A stretch of 64,000 bases of DNA. Source: Myxococcales bacterium. Its GTDB lineage: Bacteria > Myxococcota_A > Polyangia > Polyangiales > DASUME01. Under the pieces are notes generated by a model that worked only from the letters and a program-made list of their open reading frames with translations, had not been told where the DNA came from and did not search any database. Every line of letters begins with the position of its first letter. The stretch's first letter is position 1. Of this stretch, positions 10,530 to 18,918 are shown piece by piece. Position numbers and translations under genes: made by a program. Location: contig JASGJH010000001.1 of assembly GCA_047601445.1 (NCBI GenBank), positions 256,001-320,000 on the forward strand. Direction: 5' to 3'.

Positions 10530-11321
10530 CTAAGCAGCCTGTGCAATCTGTTTCCCAGCTGCCGTCTCCCTCGACTCTTCGCGGTGCTTCTTGAGCCGCT
10601 TGTAGCGCGCCCGGACGTCCGGCCTTCGCTTCAAGTAGGCGAGCAAGCAACCCACGTCGAAGCCGAAGTAGAACACACTGATGCCGCTCGGCGGGTTCCC
10701 GCTGGGCATCCAGTCGAAGCGGTCGAGCAGCGTCGGGTGCCAGTACCAGCACTCGAAGCGCGTGCCGAGCTGTTCGAGGTAGGCCACCAAAAGGAACATG
10801 GCCAAGAAGAACATGCGCGAGCTCGCTTCGCGCGAGACCCAGAACAAGAAGACGCCGGTGCACACCGCGCCGTAGACGTCGTTGCGTGCGATGAGCCAGA
10901 AGCCCGCGTAGCCCACGCCGAGCGCGAGCATGAACGGCGAGAGCCAGCGTCGGTTGCGCAGCACGGCGGGCTCGCGCACGAAGTAGTAGATGGCGCCGTA
11001 GAGGATGGAGTGGCCCGGTGGCACGTAGACGGGCACGTTCGCCAAGCGGTACTCGTACATGCCCACCAGCAGCGAGAACACCACCTCGCCGATGGTCGCC
11101 ACCACCACGCCGTACTTCATCAGGCCGCGCAGGCGAGGTGGCGCCGAGCGGTACATGAAGACGAAGTAGACGATCATGATCGCGTTGGCGATCCACTGGC
11201 TGTGCTGGAAGCGCGCGGAGACGTAGGTGCTGTCGAGGAAGGTGATCAGCACCATCAGCGCGGCGACGCTGAGCCAGATCGGGGCGCGCCTGAATGCGCG
11301 CGCGCCGGTCGTGTTCGACAT
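10530..11321 (-). CDS. Polytopic membrane protein of unknown function
   Basis: About 7 hydrophobic segments; YEYRLANVPVYVPPGH and SGNPPSG motifs; GGAGG RBS upstream. Confidence 0.8.
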   Translation of the reverse strand: MSNTTGARAFRRAPIWLSVAALMVLITFLDSTYVSARFQHSQWIANAIMIVYFVFMYRSAPPRLRGLMKYGVVVATIGEVVFSLLVGMYEYRLANVPVYVPPGHSILYGAIYYFVREPAVLRNRRWLSPFMLALGVGYAGFWLIARNDVYGAVCTGVFLFWVSREASSRMFFLAMFLLVAYLEQLGTRFECWYWHPTLLDRFDWMPSGNPPSGISVFYFGFDVGCLLAYLKRRPDVRARYKRLKKHREESRETAAGKQIAQAA

Positions 11322-11437
11322 GTCGAGATCCTCCAACGAAAACTAAGCGGCCGGGGTCACCGGCTTTAAGTGAGTGCCCTTATACGTTGGATTCACCCCG
11401 GCTTAGAAGAGCAGCCTGGGGGCGCGCGGGGACGAAC

Positions 11438-12514
11438 TCAGTTTTCGGTGGTCGGACACACAGGTGCTTGTGCAGGCGCACTGTGCGGTCGCAGTACCAG
11501 TGGAAGTTCCGCGTCGACCACACCGGCCGGCTGCGGGGCAGGGAACACCAGGCCACGCGTGAGCTCGAGTACACATGCCGCAATTGCCGGATCCCCGAGT
11601 TCATCGGCTTGCACGCAGGATTCGCTCACCTTGCCCTGCGCGTCGATGCGGAGCGCGAGCGTGAGCTTGCCGCCGGCGGCGCCCTGGGCGCCTCCACGTG
11701 TGAGGCAGTCGGGCGCGCGGTCCTTGAGCGGCGAGACCGCGGCGAGCAGCGCGTTGAGCTCGAGGTTGCCCTCGGGTTGTTCCGTGGCGCTCAGGCCGTC
11801 GGGGCAACGCTGCACGCTGGTGGGCGCCACGTTCGCGCTCGGGAGAGCAGTGCCGGGCGCAAGGTTCACGGCGAAGGCCGTGCGTGCGCCGAGCCGCCCG
11901 AGTTCCTCGAGGAGTGTGTAGACCTGAGTCATCGGCACGGCTGCCTCGGCCGCCACGAACGCCACCACTCCGTCCAGGGACCCCAGGGCCGAGATGCTCT
12001 TGGCTTGCGGAGCAAGCTCGGCGCCCAGCGTGCCGCTCGCCGCAGTGCTGCGCAGGCTGATGCCGCGCTCCGTGATCACCAAGACGATGGCATCGCGCAG
12101 CGGTGGGAAGTCGCTGAAGGACGCGAAGGCCAGCGGGCTCGGGGTGCTCCCGTAGGTGCCCCACGGCGTCAGCACCTGCACGTTGTTCACAGCCTGCAGC
12201 GGTTCGTCGAGCTCGAGTGCGGGCTGGGGAAGCGGACGCAGACCCGCGCGGATCTCTCCGGCCAATGCGAAGGCACCGTCGGCGCCGCGCGCCAGCAGGC
12301 AGCTCTGGGAGGGGGAGTCGGTGGCGTCAAGCAAGCTGGCCATGCGCACCAGGTCCGCGAACGTGGACCCGGGCGCCAGCGCGCGATTGGGCGCGATGGA
12401 GAGCTCGCTCCCGGTGCTCGGCTGGGCCTTGGCCTGGTCGGCGGTCGGAGCGGGCGGCTGGTGGCTACAGCTGGCGGCGAGCAAGCACAGGGGCAGGAGG
12501 CGGACGGGCGACAT
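11438..12514 (-). CDS. Lipoprotein with AgmX/PglI-type (TonB-C-like) C-terminal domain
   Basis: Lipobox AASC; C-terminal C...GKLTLALRIDAQGKV...ACV...LVFPAP...VDAELPLVL. Confidence 0.65.
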   Translation of the reverse strand: MSPVRLLPLCLLAASCSHQPPAPTADQAKAQPSTGSELSIAPNRALAPGSTFADLVRMASLLDATDSPSQSCLLARGADGAFALAGEIRAGLRPLPQPALELDEPLQAVNNVQVLTPWGTYGSTPSPLAFASFSDFPPLRDAIVLVITERGISLRSTAASGTLGAELAPQAKSISALGSLDGVVAFVAAEAAVPMTQVYTLLEELGRLGARTAFAVNLAPGTALPSANVAPTSVQRCPDGLSATEQPEGNLELNALLAAVSPLKDRAPDCLTRGGAQGAAGGKLTLALRIDAQGKVSESCVQADELGDPAIAACVLELTRGLVFPAPQPAGVVDAELPLVLRPHSAPAQAPVCPTTEN

Positions 12515-12598
12515 GGGCAAGGATGATGGCACAAGCGGGAGCCCGTGAAATTGTCGAAAACTTGAGCGTGCGCGGAGCCTTTGCCTAGAGCACTAGGC

Positions 12599-13429
12599 AT
12601 GAGTCGGCGTTTGGGCTTCGAGATCGCGATGGTGATGCTGGTCCTGGTGGGGGGAGCGTGGGGAGGGGTGCCCATGACGGCTTCTGCCAAGCGTGCGCCC
12701 GCCCAGGCCGAGGCGCCGTCCCTGCCCAAGCCCCTGCGCAAGAGCCGATCGCTCGGGTTCGCCTGGCGCGGAAAGCTCGAACGCGGGGTGCTGCTCAAGC
12801 CGGGCGCGCATCTGCGCTACGTGTCCGAGTACGCAAAGACGGACCACTTCTACGGCACCTGGCAGCTGGTGCAGCTGCTCGAGCGGGCGGCGTTCCAGGT
12901 CTCGCAGCGCGTGCCTGGCAGCAAGCTGTCGGTGGGCGAGTTGTCGGCGGCGAGCGGGGGCAACCTACCGGGCCATGCGTCGCACGAGAGCGGTCGCGAC
13001 GTGGACGTCGGTTTCTTCATGCTCGACGGCGGGGCGCGCCCGGTGGAGGCCTTCGCCTTCGCGCAGTTCGACTCGCGCGGTCGTGGGCTCTCTCCGAACG
13101 TCGGGATGCGCTTCGACGTGCGGCGCAACTGGGAACTCGTGGCGCGCCTGGTCAGCGACGGCGAGGCGCGCGTGCAGTACGTGTTCGTGGCGCCCGCGAT
13201 TCGGCAGCTCCTGCTCGACGAGGGGCGGCGCGTGCGTGCGCCCGCCGCCGTGCTCGAGCGTGCGGCGCGCGTGATGGTGCGTCCGAGCGAGAAGCACCTG
13301 CACGGCAATCACTTCCACGTGCGGATCTACTGTGCTCCGGGGGAGCGCCCGAAATGTCAGGACGCCCCACCTTATTGGCCCTGGTATCCAGGAGAAGTGA
13401 CCGCGCAAACCCAAAACAAGTCTGGTTAG
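12599..13429 (+). CDS. Penicillin-insensitive murein endopeptidase (MepA family)
   Basis: GELS...GG...HASHESGRDVD and HGNHFHVRIYC zinc-binding motifs; N-terminal signal. Confidence 0.85.
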   Translation: MSRRLGFEIAMVMLVLVGGAWGGVPMTASAKRAPAQAEAPSLPKPLRKSRSLGFAWRGKLERGVLLKPGAHLRYVSEYAKTDHFYGTWQLVQLLERAAFQVSQRVPGSKLSVGELSAASGGNLPGHASHESGRDVDVGFFMLDGGARPVEAFAFAQFDSRGRGLSPNVGMRFDVRRNWELVARLVSDGEARVQYVFVAPAIRQLLLDEGRRVRAPAAVLERAARVMVRPSEKHLHGNHFHVRIYCAPGERPKCQDAPPYWPWYPGEVTAQTQNKSG

Positions 13430-13476
13430 ACGTTGGGACTTGGGCGAGTGGCCCGGGCGCGGTATACGTCTGGGAC

Positions 13477-14160
13477 ATGAGCGTACGCCCCCGCGTACAG
13501 CGAGTGAGCGGTAGTCGCGCATGGGTGCCGTTCAGTTTGCTGATCGGTATTGCGATTTGGCTGGCCGCGAGCCTGGGTCTAGGAGACTCGGGTGCGACCG
13601 GAGCGCAGAAGGGCTTTAGCCCGCAAGAAGAGCAGCTCCTGCGAGCCGGCAAGCTGGTGGCGCGCGCCAAGACCGAAGATCGCGGCAGCCTCCGGCTCAT
13701 CGGCGGCACGAGTTGGCAGCTCATCGACGCACCTCCGGACGCAGTGTTCCGCGCTCTGCTCGATACCAGCCGCTATTACCGAATGATGCCCGCGGTAACG
13801 GGCTCCACTTTGGTCGCCGAACAGCCTGGCTACCGCAAGGTTCGGCTCGAGCACAAGAAGGGGCCGGTGGCGCTCTCGTACAACCTGGGCACGCACGTGT
13901 ACCCGGAGCGCAGGGACATCACTTTTAGCCTCGAAGAGGCGCCTGCGGGCCTGCCGCGCGCGGCCTGGGGCTTCTTCTCGGTGCGTCCCTTCGGGGCGAA
14001 GCAGACGCTGCTCGCGTACGGTGCGATGGCGGACCCGGGCGACGGACTCGTGCTGACCTTGGTTCGCAGCACGGTGCAGGAGTGGATGCTCCAGGTGCCC
14101 CGCCAGGTGAAGTGGTACGTCGAGAGCCGCGAGGGCAGAGCGCGTTACGGCGCGAAATGA
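13477..14160 (+). CDS. SRPBCC / polyketide cyclase-like protein
   Basis: LIDAPPDAVFRALLDTSRYYRMMPAV START-fold signature; N-terminal hydrophobic segment. Confidence 0.7.
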   Translation: MSVRPRVQRVSGSRAWVPFSLLIGIAIWLAASLGLGDSGATGAQKGFSPQEEQLLRAGKLVARAKTEDRGSLRLIGGTSWQLIDAPPDAVFRALLDTSRYYRMMPAVTGSTLVAEQPGYRKVRLEHKKGPVALSYNLGTHVYPERRDITFSLEEAPAGLPRAAWGFFSVRPFGAKQTLLAYGAMADPGDGLVLTLVRSTVQEWMLQVPRQVKWYVESREGRARYGAK

Positions 14161-14208
14161 GCATCAACGCAGGCCAGGCGCGCTCGATCGCGGACGAATC
14201 GCGCGGGC

Positions 14209-14838
14209 TCAGGGCTCGCTTTTCGGGGCCGGCGGGGACAGCGGCTCGGTGCTGACGGACACCATGGCCGTGATGGCTTTCCAGAGCGCCTCGCGACCTT
14301 CGCCCGTATGCGAGCTGAAGGGCAGGGCCTTCACACCCGACTCCCGCGCGAGCTTGAGCGCGGCGGGCTTGCGCTGACTGGCGCTCAGGCGGTCGACCTT
14401 GGTGGCCACCAGCAGAGCTTTTTGCTTGATGTGCGCCAGATACTCGAGCAATTCGCGCTCTTCGCTCTCCACACCGCGTCGCACGTCGACCAGCAAGATC
14501 ACGCCGCGCAGCCCGACCCGGCGCTCGAGGAAGGTCTCGATCATGGGCCCCCAGCTGAGCCGCTCGGTCTTGCTGCGCTGGGCGAAGCCGTAGCCAGGTA
14601 AGTCGACGAAATCGACTCGGGCATCTCCCCGCAGGGTGAGCCGAAACAAGTTGAGGCCGCGGGTGCAGCCCGGCGTGCTGCTCGTGCGGGCGAGCTTCTT
14701 GCGCTGGGCGAGACAGTTGATGAGGCTCGACTTGCCCACGTTCGAACGCCCCGCGAACGCGACTTCTGCGTAGAGGGGAGGCGGGAGCTGCGCCACGTTC
14801 ATGGCGGTGGTGAGGAACTCTGCGTCGAGGACATCCAT
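14209..14838 (-). CDS. engB: Ribosome biogenesis GTPase EngB/YihA/YsxC
   Basis: EVAFAGRSNVGKSSLIN, SSTPGCT, DLPGYG, TKVD, FSS. Confidence 0.95.
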   Translation of the reverse strand: MDVLDAEFLTTAMNVAQLPPPLYAEVAFAGRSNVGKSSLINCLAQRKKLARTSSTPGCTRGLNLFRLTLRGDARVDFVDLPGYGFAQRSKTERLSWGPMIETFLERRVGLRGVILLVDVRRGVESEERELLEYLAHIKQKALLVATKVDRLSASQRKPAALKLARESGVKALPFSSHTGEGREALWKAITAMVSVSTEPLSPPAPKSEP

Positions 14839-14853
14839 GGCGAATCTGCGGTT

Positions 14854-16437
14854 CTATAGCGCGGCGCGGCGACGCCGGCGCATGAGCACTGCCTTGAGCT
14901 CGCTCAGCTCGGGGGCACGCAGCAGCCAGGCGACCACGAGGAAGATCACCGCCCCCGCCGCGAGCAGCGCTCCGTAGGCACCGAGGCGCACGATCTCGCC
15001 TTCACCTGGCCCGAACGAGAGCCGGCTCGCCGCGAGCCACAGGGCCACGCCAGCCGTCGTGGAGGCCAGGGCGACGCGCAGGCCGCTCGCGATCACGGGG
15101 GCGAGGCCCATGGGGCCCGTATGCCGGCGCAACAGCCACAGCAAGACCACCAGCTGCACCAGGGCCGCTGCGCTGTTGGCGAGCGCGAGCGCCACGTGAC
15201 TCAAGCGCCCCATCAAGAGCGCGCTCAAGCTCAAGAACACCACCAGGTTGACGGCGCTTGCCTTGACCGGGGTGCGGGTGTCGCCGTGGGCGGCGAACAT
15301 CGGCACGGTGGCACGCACGGCGGCCACGGCCCATACGCCGGCGGCCTGCCAGGCCAGCGAGTGAGCGGTCTCGGCGACCTGCTCGGGGCCGAACAGGCCG
15401 CGTTCGAACAACACCGAGGTGGTGGGCGCCGCGAGCGCAATCAGGAAGGCGCTGGCGGGGATGGCCACGAACATGGTGAGGCGGATGGAGTCGCGAAACA
15501 GCGCGAGCAGCTCGGCGCGCTTGCCCTCGCTGTGCAGGCGCGCGAGCGTGGGCAGCGCGGCCGACGCCACGGCCAATGCGAACATGCCCTGCGGGATCTC
15601 GATCACGCGCTGCCCGTAGTTCAGGAAGCTCTGGGCTCCGGCCGGCAAGAACGAGGCAAATAGGCGCGAGAGCAGCATGTTGAGCTGGTACACGCCGAGC
15701 CCGAGCACCAGCGGCCCCATCAGCCCCAGTGCACGCCTCACGTCGGGCGCGCGAAAGTCGAGCACTGGGCGCGGCAACAGGTCCACCCCGCGCAAAGGGA
15801 CGAGCTGGACCACGAGCTGAAGCACGCCTCCCAGCAAGGCGCCCAGCGCGAGGCTGGTGATGGGCTCGAGATCCCAGGCCGAGGTCAGCGAGAGCAGCGT
15901 GAAGGGGGCCGCGATCATGGCCACGTTGAGCAGCGCCGGAGCGAAGGCCGCCACGGCGAAGTGGCCAACGGCATTGAGGGCGCCCGTCGCCAGGGCTGCC
16001 AGACCGGCTAGGCCGAGGAAGGGGAAAAGCCAACGGGTCAGCCACACCACGAGCTCGAAGCGCTCGGGATCAGAGATGAAGCCGCCGGCATAGGCGACCG
16101 CGATGGGGCGAGCCAACAGCATCCCGGCCGCCGATGTGAGCGCCAGCAGGACGCCCAGGGCGGCACTGAAACGGGCGAGGAAGTCCCGGGCGGCCTGCTG
16201 CCCCCGCTGGGTGCGCACGTCGGTGAACACCGGGATGAAGGCGTTCGAGACGGCGCCCTCTCCGAGCAGCATGCGCAGGGTGTTCGGGATGGTGAAGGCG
16301 ATGAAGAAGGCGTCCGTGGCTCCCACGCTGAAGCAGGCCGCCACCACGGCCTCGCGGAGCATGCCGAGCACCCGGGAGGCCAGGGTGCCCAGGGCCACGA
16401 TACCCGCCCGGCGCGCCACGATACGCGTGTCTGCCAT
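14854..16437 (-). CDS. murJ: Lipid II flippase MurJ (MviN)
   Basis: TLASRVLGMLRE, TDAFFIAFTIPN..R.LLGEGA.SNAFIP, QRVIEIPQG; adjacent to rpsT. Confidence 0.95.
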   Translation of the reverse strand: MADTRIVARRAGIVALGTLASRVLGMLREAVVAACFSVGATDAFFIAFTIPNTLRMLLGEGAVSNAFIPVFTDVRTQRGQQAARDFLARFSAALGVLLALTSAAGMLLARPIAVAYAGGFISDPERFELVVWLTRWLFPFLGLAGLAALATGALNAVGHFAVAAFAPALLNVAMIAAPFTLLSLTSAWDLEPITSLALGALLGGVLQLVVQLVPLRGVDLLPRPVLDFRAPDVRRALGLMGPLVLGLGVYQLNMLLSRLFASFLPAGAQSFLNYGQRVIEIPQGMFALAVASAALPTLARLHSEGKRAELLALFRDSIRLTMFVAIPASAFLIALAAPTTSVLFERGLFGPEQVAETAHSLAWQAAGVWAVAAVRATVPMFAAHGDTRTPVKASAVNLVVFLSLSALLMGRLSHVALALANSAAALVQLVVLLWLLRRHTGPMGLAPVIASGLRVALASTTAGVALWLAASRLSFGPGEGEIVRLGAYGALLAAGAVIFLVVAWLLRAPELSELKAVLMRRRRRAAL

Positions 16438-16602
16438 CTGAGGAGGGGGATTATCGGGTCTGGGGGAGGGTGGGCAAGGAACCGGGATAGGAAAGTCGGG
16501 GCGAGGAAGCGTCGCTTGGGACCACCAGACTCGGGAGAGCTTGACCTGAGCAGATGAGGAGGCTAGATAGCCGGTCCCCAACGCAAGTTTTGGAGAGCAC
16601 TA

Positions 16603-16875
16603 GTGGCAAGCCACGCATCAGCCAAAAAGAGGATTCGTCAGACCGAGCGCCGCACGGCGCGCAACCGCCACGTCCGCACCACGGTGCGTTCGTCCATCAA
16701 GGCTGCGCGTCAGGCGATTGCAGGCGGCGACGCCAAGGCGGCCGAGACGGCGGTTCGCGAGGCCGAATCGAAGATTCGGGCAGCGATCTCCAAGGGCGTC
16801 TACCACGACAAGACGGGGTCGCGTTACGTGTCCCGCCTGACGCTCGCGGCCAACGCCCTCACCCCCAAGGCCTGA
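16603..16875 (+). CDS. rpsT: 30S ribosomal protein S20
   Basis: ASHASAKKRIRQTERRTARNR...KGVYH...SRL; GTG start with GGAG RBS. Confidence 0.97.
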   Translation: MASHASAKKRIRQTERRTARNRHVRTTVRSSIKAARQAIAGGDAKAAETAVREAESKIRAAISKGVYHDKTGSRYVSRLTLAANALTPKA

Positions 16876-17142
16876 TTCGGCCCTGTTCCGTTTCGCCCTG
16901 TGCGCCGCTCCCTCTGGGACCGGCGCCTTTGGCTTTTAAGGGCTCGAGGAGGTCCCCTTTCTGCCTGGGGCCATCCGCGCGAGCCTCGCGAGCCCTCCGG
17001 AGTATCCAGGGAGCGCGCTTGAGAGCCGCCTTACGGGATTGTTTTGCTGCCGCCTTAGAAAATGACAATCGCCCCGAAATCTTTGTGAAAATTGTCGAGC
17101 AAGCCGGCCTGAATCTCCCTTAGAGTCCGTCGTCGGAGCCCC

Positions 17143-17679
17143 ATGCGCATGTTCTCTGCCCTTCGTAAGCCCATCGCCGCAGCCGCCCTGGTTTGCGGTA
17201 CTGCCCTCTTTGCGAGCGCCCTGTCCCCCGTGCGGGTCGAGGCGGGGGCCCTCAAGGCCAACGTCTTCCTCACGCAGAACAAGATCCCCGCCAAGCTCAC
17301 CGAGAAGGGCTTGATCGGGTTCGTGAAAGGTCACAAGACCGCGCGCTTGCGCGAGAGCAGCGAAGAGAAGCTCGAAGAGCGCAAGTTCATGGCCGAGATG
17401 GTCACGCAGTTCACCGGAGCCCCCGGCGATCTCGAGTTCCACGTGCTGTTTTACGATGTGCACGATGGGGCCCGTCAGTTCGTGGAGGACATGAGCACCT
17501 TCATCGACGATCGCACGCAGAAGGTGTTTTTGCAGCGCATCAAGCTGCCCCGCCCGCGCTTCAAGCCCAACCGGCGCATGGAGCTCGTGGTCACGGTGAA
17601 GCGCGCCGAAGTGGGCTCGCTCAAGTTCATCACCGAGGGCGAGGAAGTTCGCCACAGCGGTACCGTCAACTTCGACTGA
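17143..17679 (+). CDS. Conserved hypothetical exported protein
   Basis: Signal peptide; strongly host-like codon use; lies between rpsT and holA. Confidence 0.75.
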   Translation: MRMFSALRKPIAAAALVCGTALFASALSPVRVEAGALKANVFLTQNKIPAKLTEKGLIGFVKGHKTARLRESSEEKLEERKFMAEMVTQFTGAPGDLEFHVLFYDVHDGARQFVEDMSTFIDDRTQKVFLQRIKLPRPRFKPNRRMELVVTVKRAEVGSLKFITEGEEVRHSGTVNFD

Positions 17680-17721
17680 TCGCGTACGCCGCCGGCGAGG
17701 CCCCCTGCTATCGTAGGCCCC

Positions 17722-18738
17722 GTGACGCTGCATGAGCTGATCGCGCGGGCCAGCCGCGCCGCACAGGGCGACGCCGCGGAGGCCAAGCAGATCCCGCCGG
17801 TCTGCGTGATCGTGGGCAGCGAGCGGGTGATGTTGGAGCGCGCGGTGAGCGCGCTGCGCGCGTTCGTGATCGGGGACGGCCCTTCAGGGTTCAACGACGA
17901 TCTCTTCCAGGGCCAGGGCTTGAGCGCCCAGAGCGTGATCGGAGCGGCGCGCACCTTGCCCATGATGGCGGCCCGGCGCCTGGTGCTGGTGCGCAACCTC
18001 GACGCCATGCCGGCCGCGGAGCTGGAGGCGCTGGGGAGCTACGTGCAGAAGCCTTGCCCAGAGACCGTGCTGGTCATGGTGGGCGAGAAGCTCGACGGGC
18101 GCGGCAAGTTCGCCAAGATCGCGCGCGAGGCGGGCGCCTGGTTCGAAGCCGAGCCGCCCAAGCAGCACGAGATGGCCGAGATCGCCGAACGCGAGGCCCG
18201 TGCGCGTGGACATCGCCTGAGCGCGCAGGCGGCCGAAGGGCTGGCGGACGCGCTGGGACCCGATCTGGCGGCGCTCGACGACGCCCTGGAACGCCTCTCG
18301 CTGTTCGTCGGGGCCGGGCAAGCTATCGAGCTCGATCACGTGGATCGTTGTGTGGCCCACGCCCGCATCGAGTCGATCTGGTCGCTGGTGGACGCCGTGA
18401 GCGCGCGCGACGAAAAGAAGGCCCTCACTGCCGCGGCCTCGCTGCTAGGCGATCGCGAGCCGCCGCTCAAGATCCTGGCGCTGGTGGCGCGCCAGCTGCG
18501 CTCCGTGGCGAAGATGCGGGACGCCCTCAAGAGCGGCCTCGGTCCACAGGAGGCGGCCCAGAAGGCCGGGGTTCCCCCGTTCAAGGCGCGCGACATGGCG
18601 AACTCCGCCAAGCGCTTCGACGACGCCAAGCTGAACCGAGCCTTCGCATTGGTGGCCGAGGCGGACCTGGCGCTCAAGGGCAGCAAGGTACCCGGCCCCC
18701 GCGTGCTCGAGCGCACCTTGCTCGCGCTCTGCCACTGA
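17722..18738 (+). CDS. holA: DNA polymerase III subunit delta
   Basis: ARTLPMMAARRLVLV, LGPDLAALDDALERLSLF, SIWSLVDAV, EADLALKG. Confidence 0.9.
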   Translation: MTLHELIARASRAAQGDAAEAKQIPPVCVIVGSERVMLERAVSALRAFVIGDGPSGFNDDLFQGQGLSAQSVIGAARTLPMMAARRLVLVRNLDAMPAAELEALGSYVQKPCPETVLVMVGEKLDGRGKFAKIAREAGAWFEAEPPKQHEMAEIAEREARARGHRLSAQAAEGLADALGPDLAALDDALERLSLFVGAGQAIELDHVDRCVAHARIESIWSLVDAVSARDEKKALTAAASLLGDREPPLKILALVARQLRSVAKMRDALKSGLGPQEAAQKAGVPPFKARDMANSAKRFDDAKLNRAFALVAEADLALKGSKVPGPRVLERTLLALCH

Positions 18739-18745
18739 CGTTTTA

Positions 18746-18826
18746 GACGGCAGGTCGCGCGACCTCCCCGCCCGTCGCAGCAACGCTGCACCGGGACCCA
18801 CCCCACCGCGGGGTTCGCTACGCTAC
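18746..18826 (+). repeat. REP-like element, full-length copy
   Basis: GACGGCAGGTCGCGCGACCTCCCCGCCCGTCGCAGCAACGCTGCACCGGGACCCACCCCACCGCGGGGTTCGCTACGCTAC, just after the holA stop. Confidence 0.85.
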
Positions 18827-18918
18827 GGCGCCGGGAGTCCGCGAGGGCGCCGCAACGAGCGCCGAAAACTGGACCCGCTAGCGACGCCACGGCTATCCGG
18901 ATAGCTAGGAGTGTGCGG

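Noticed and set aside
368..18826. CRISPR array or intact IS element
   Set aside because: The repeats are dispersed single copies without spacers, and no cas or transposase gene is present.
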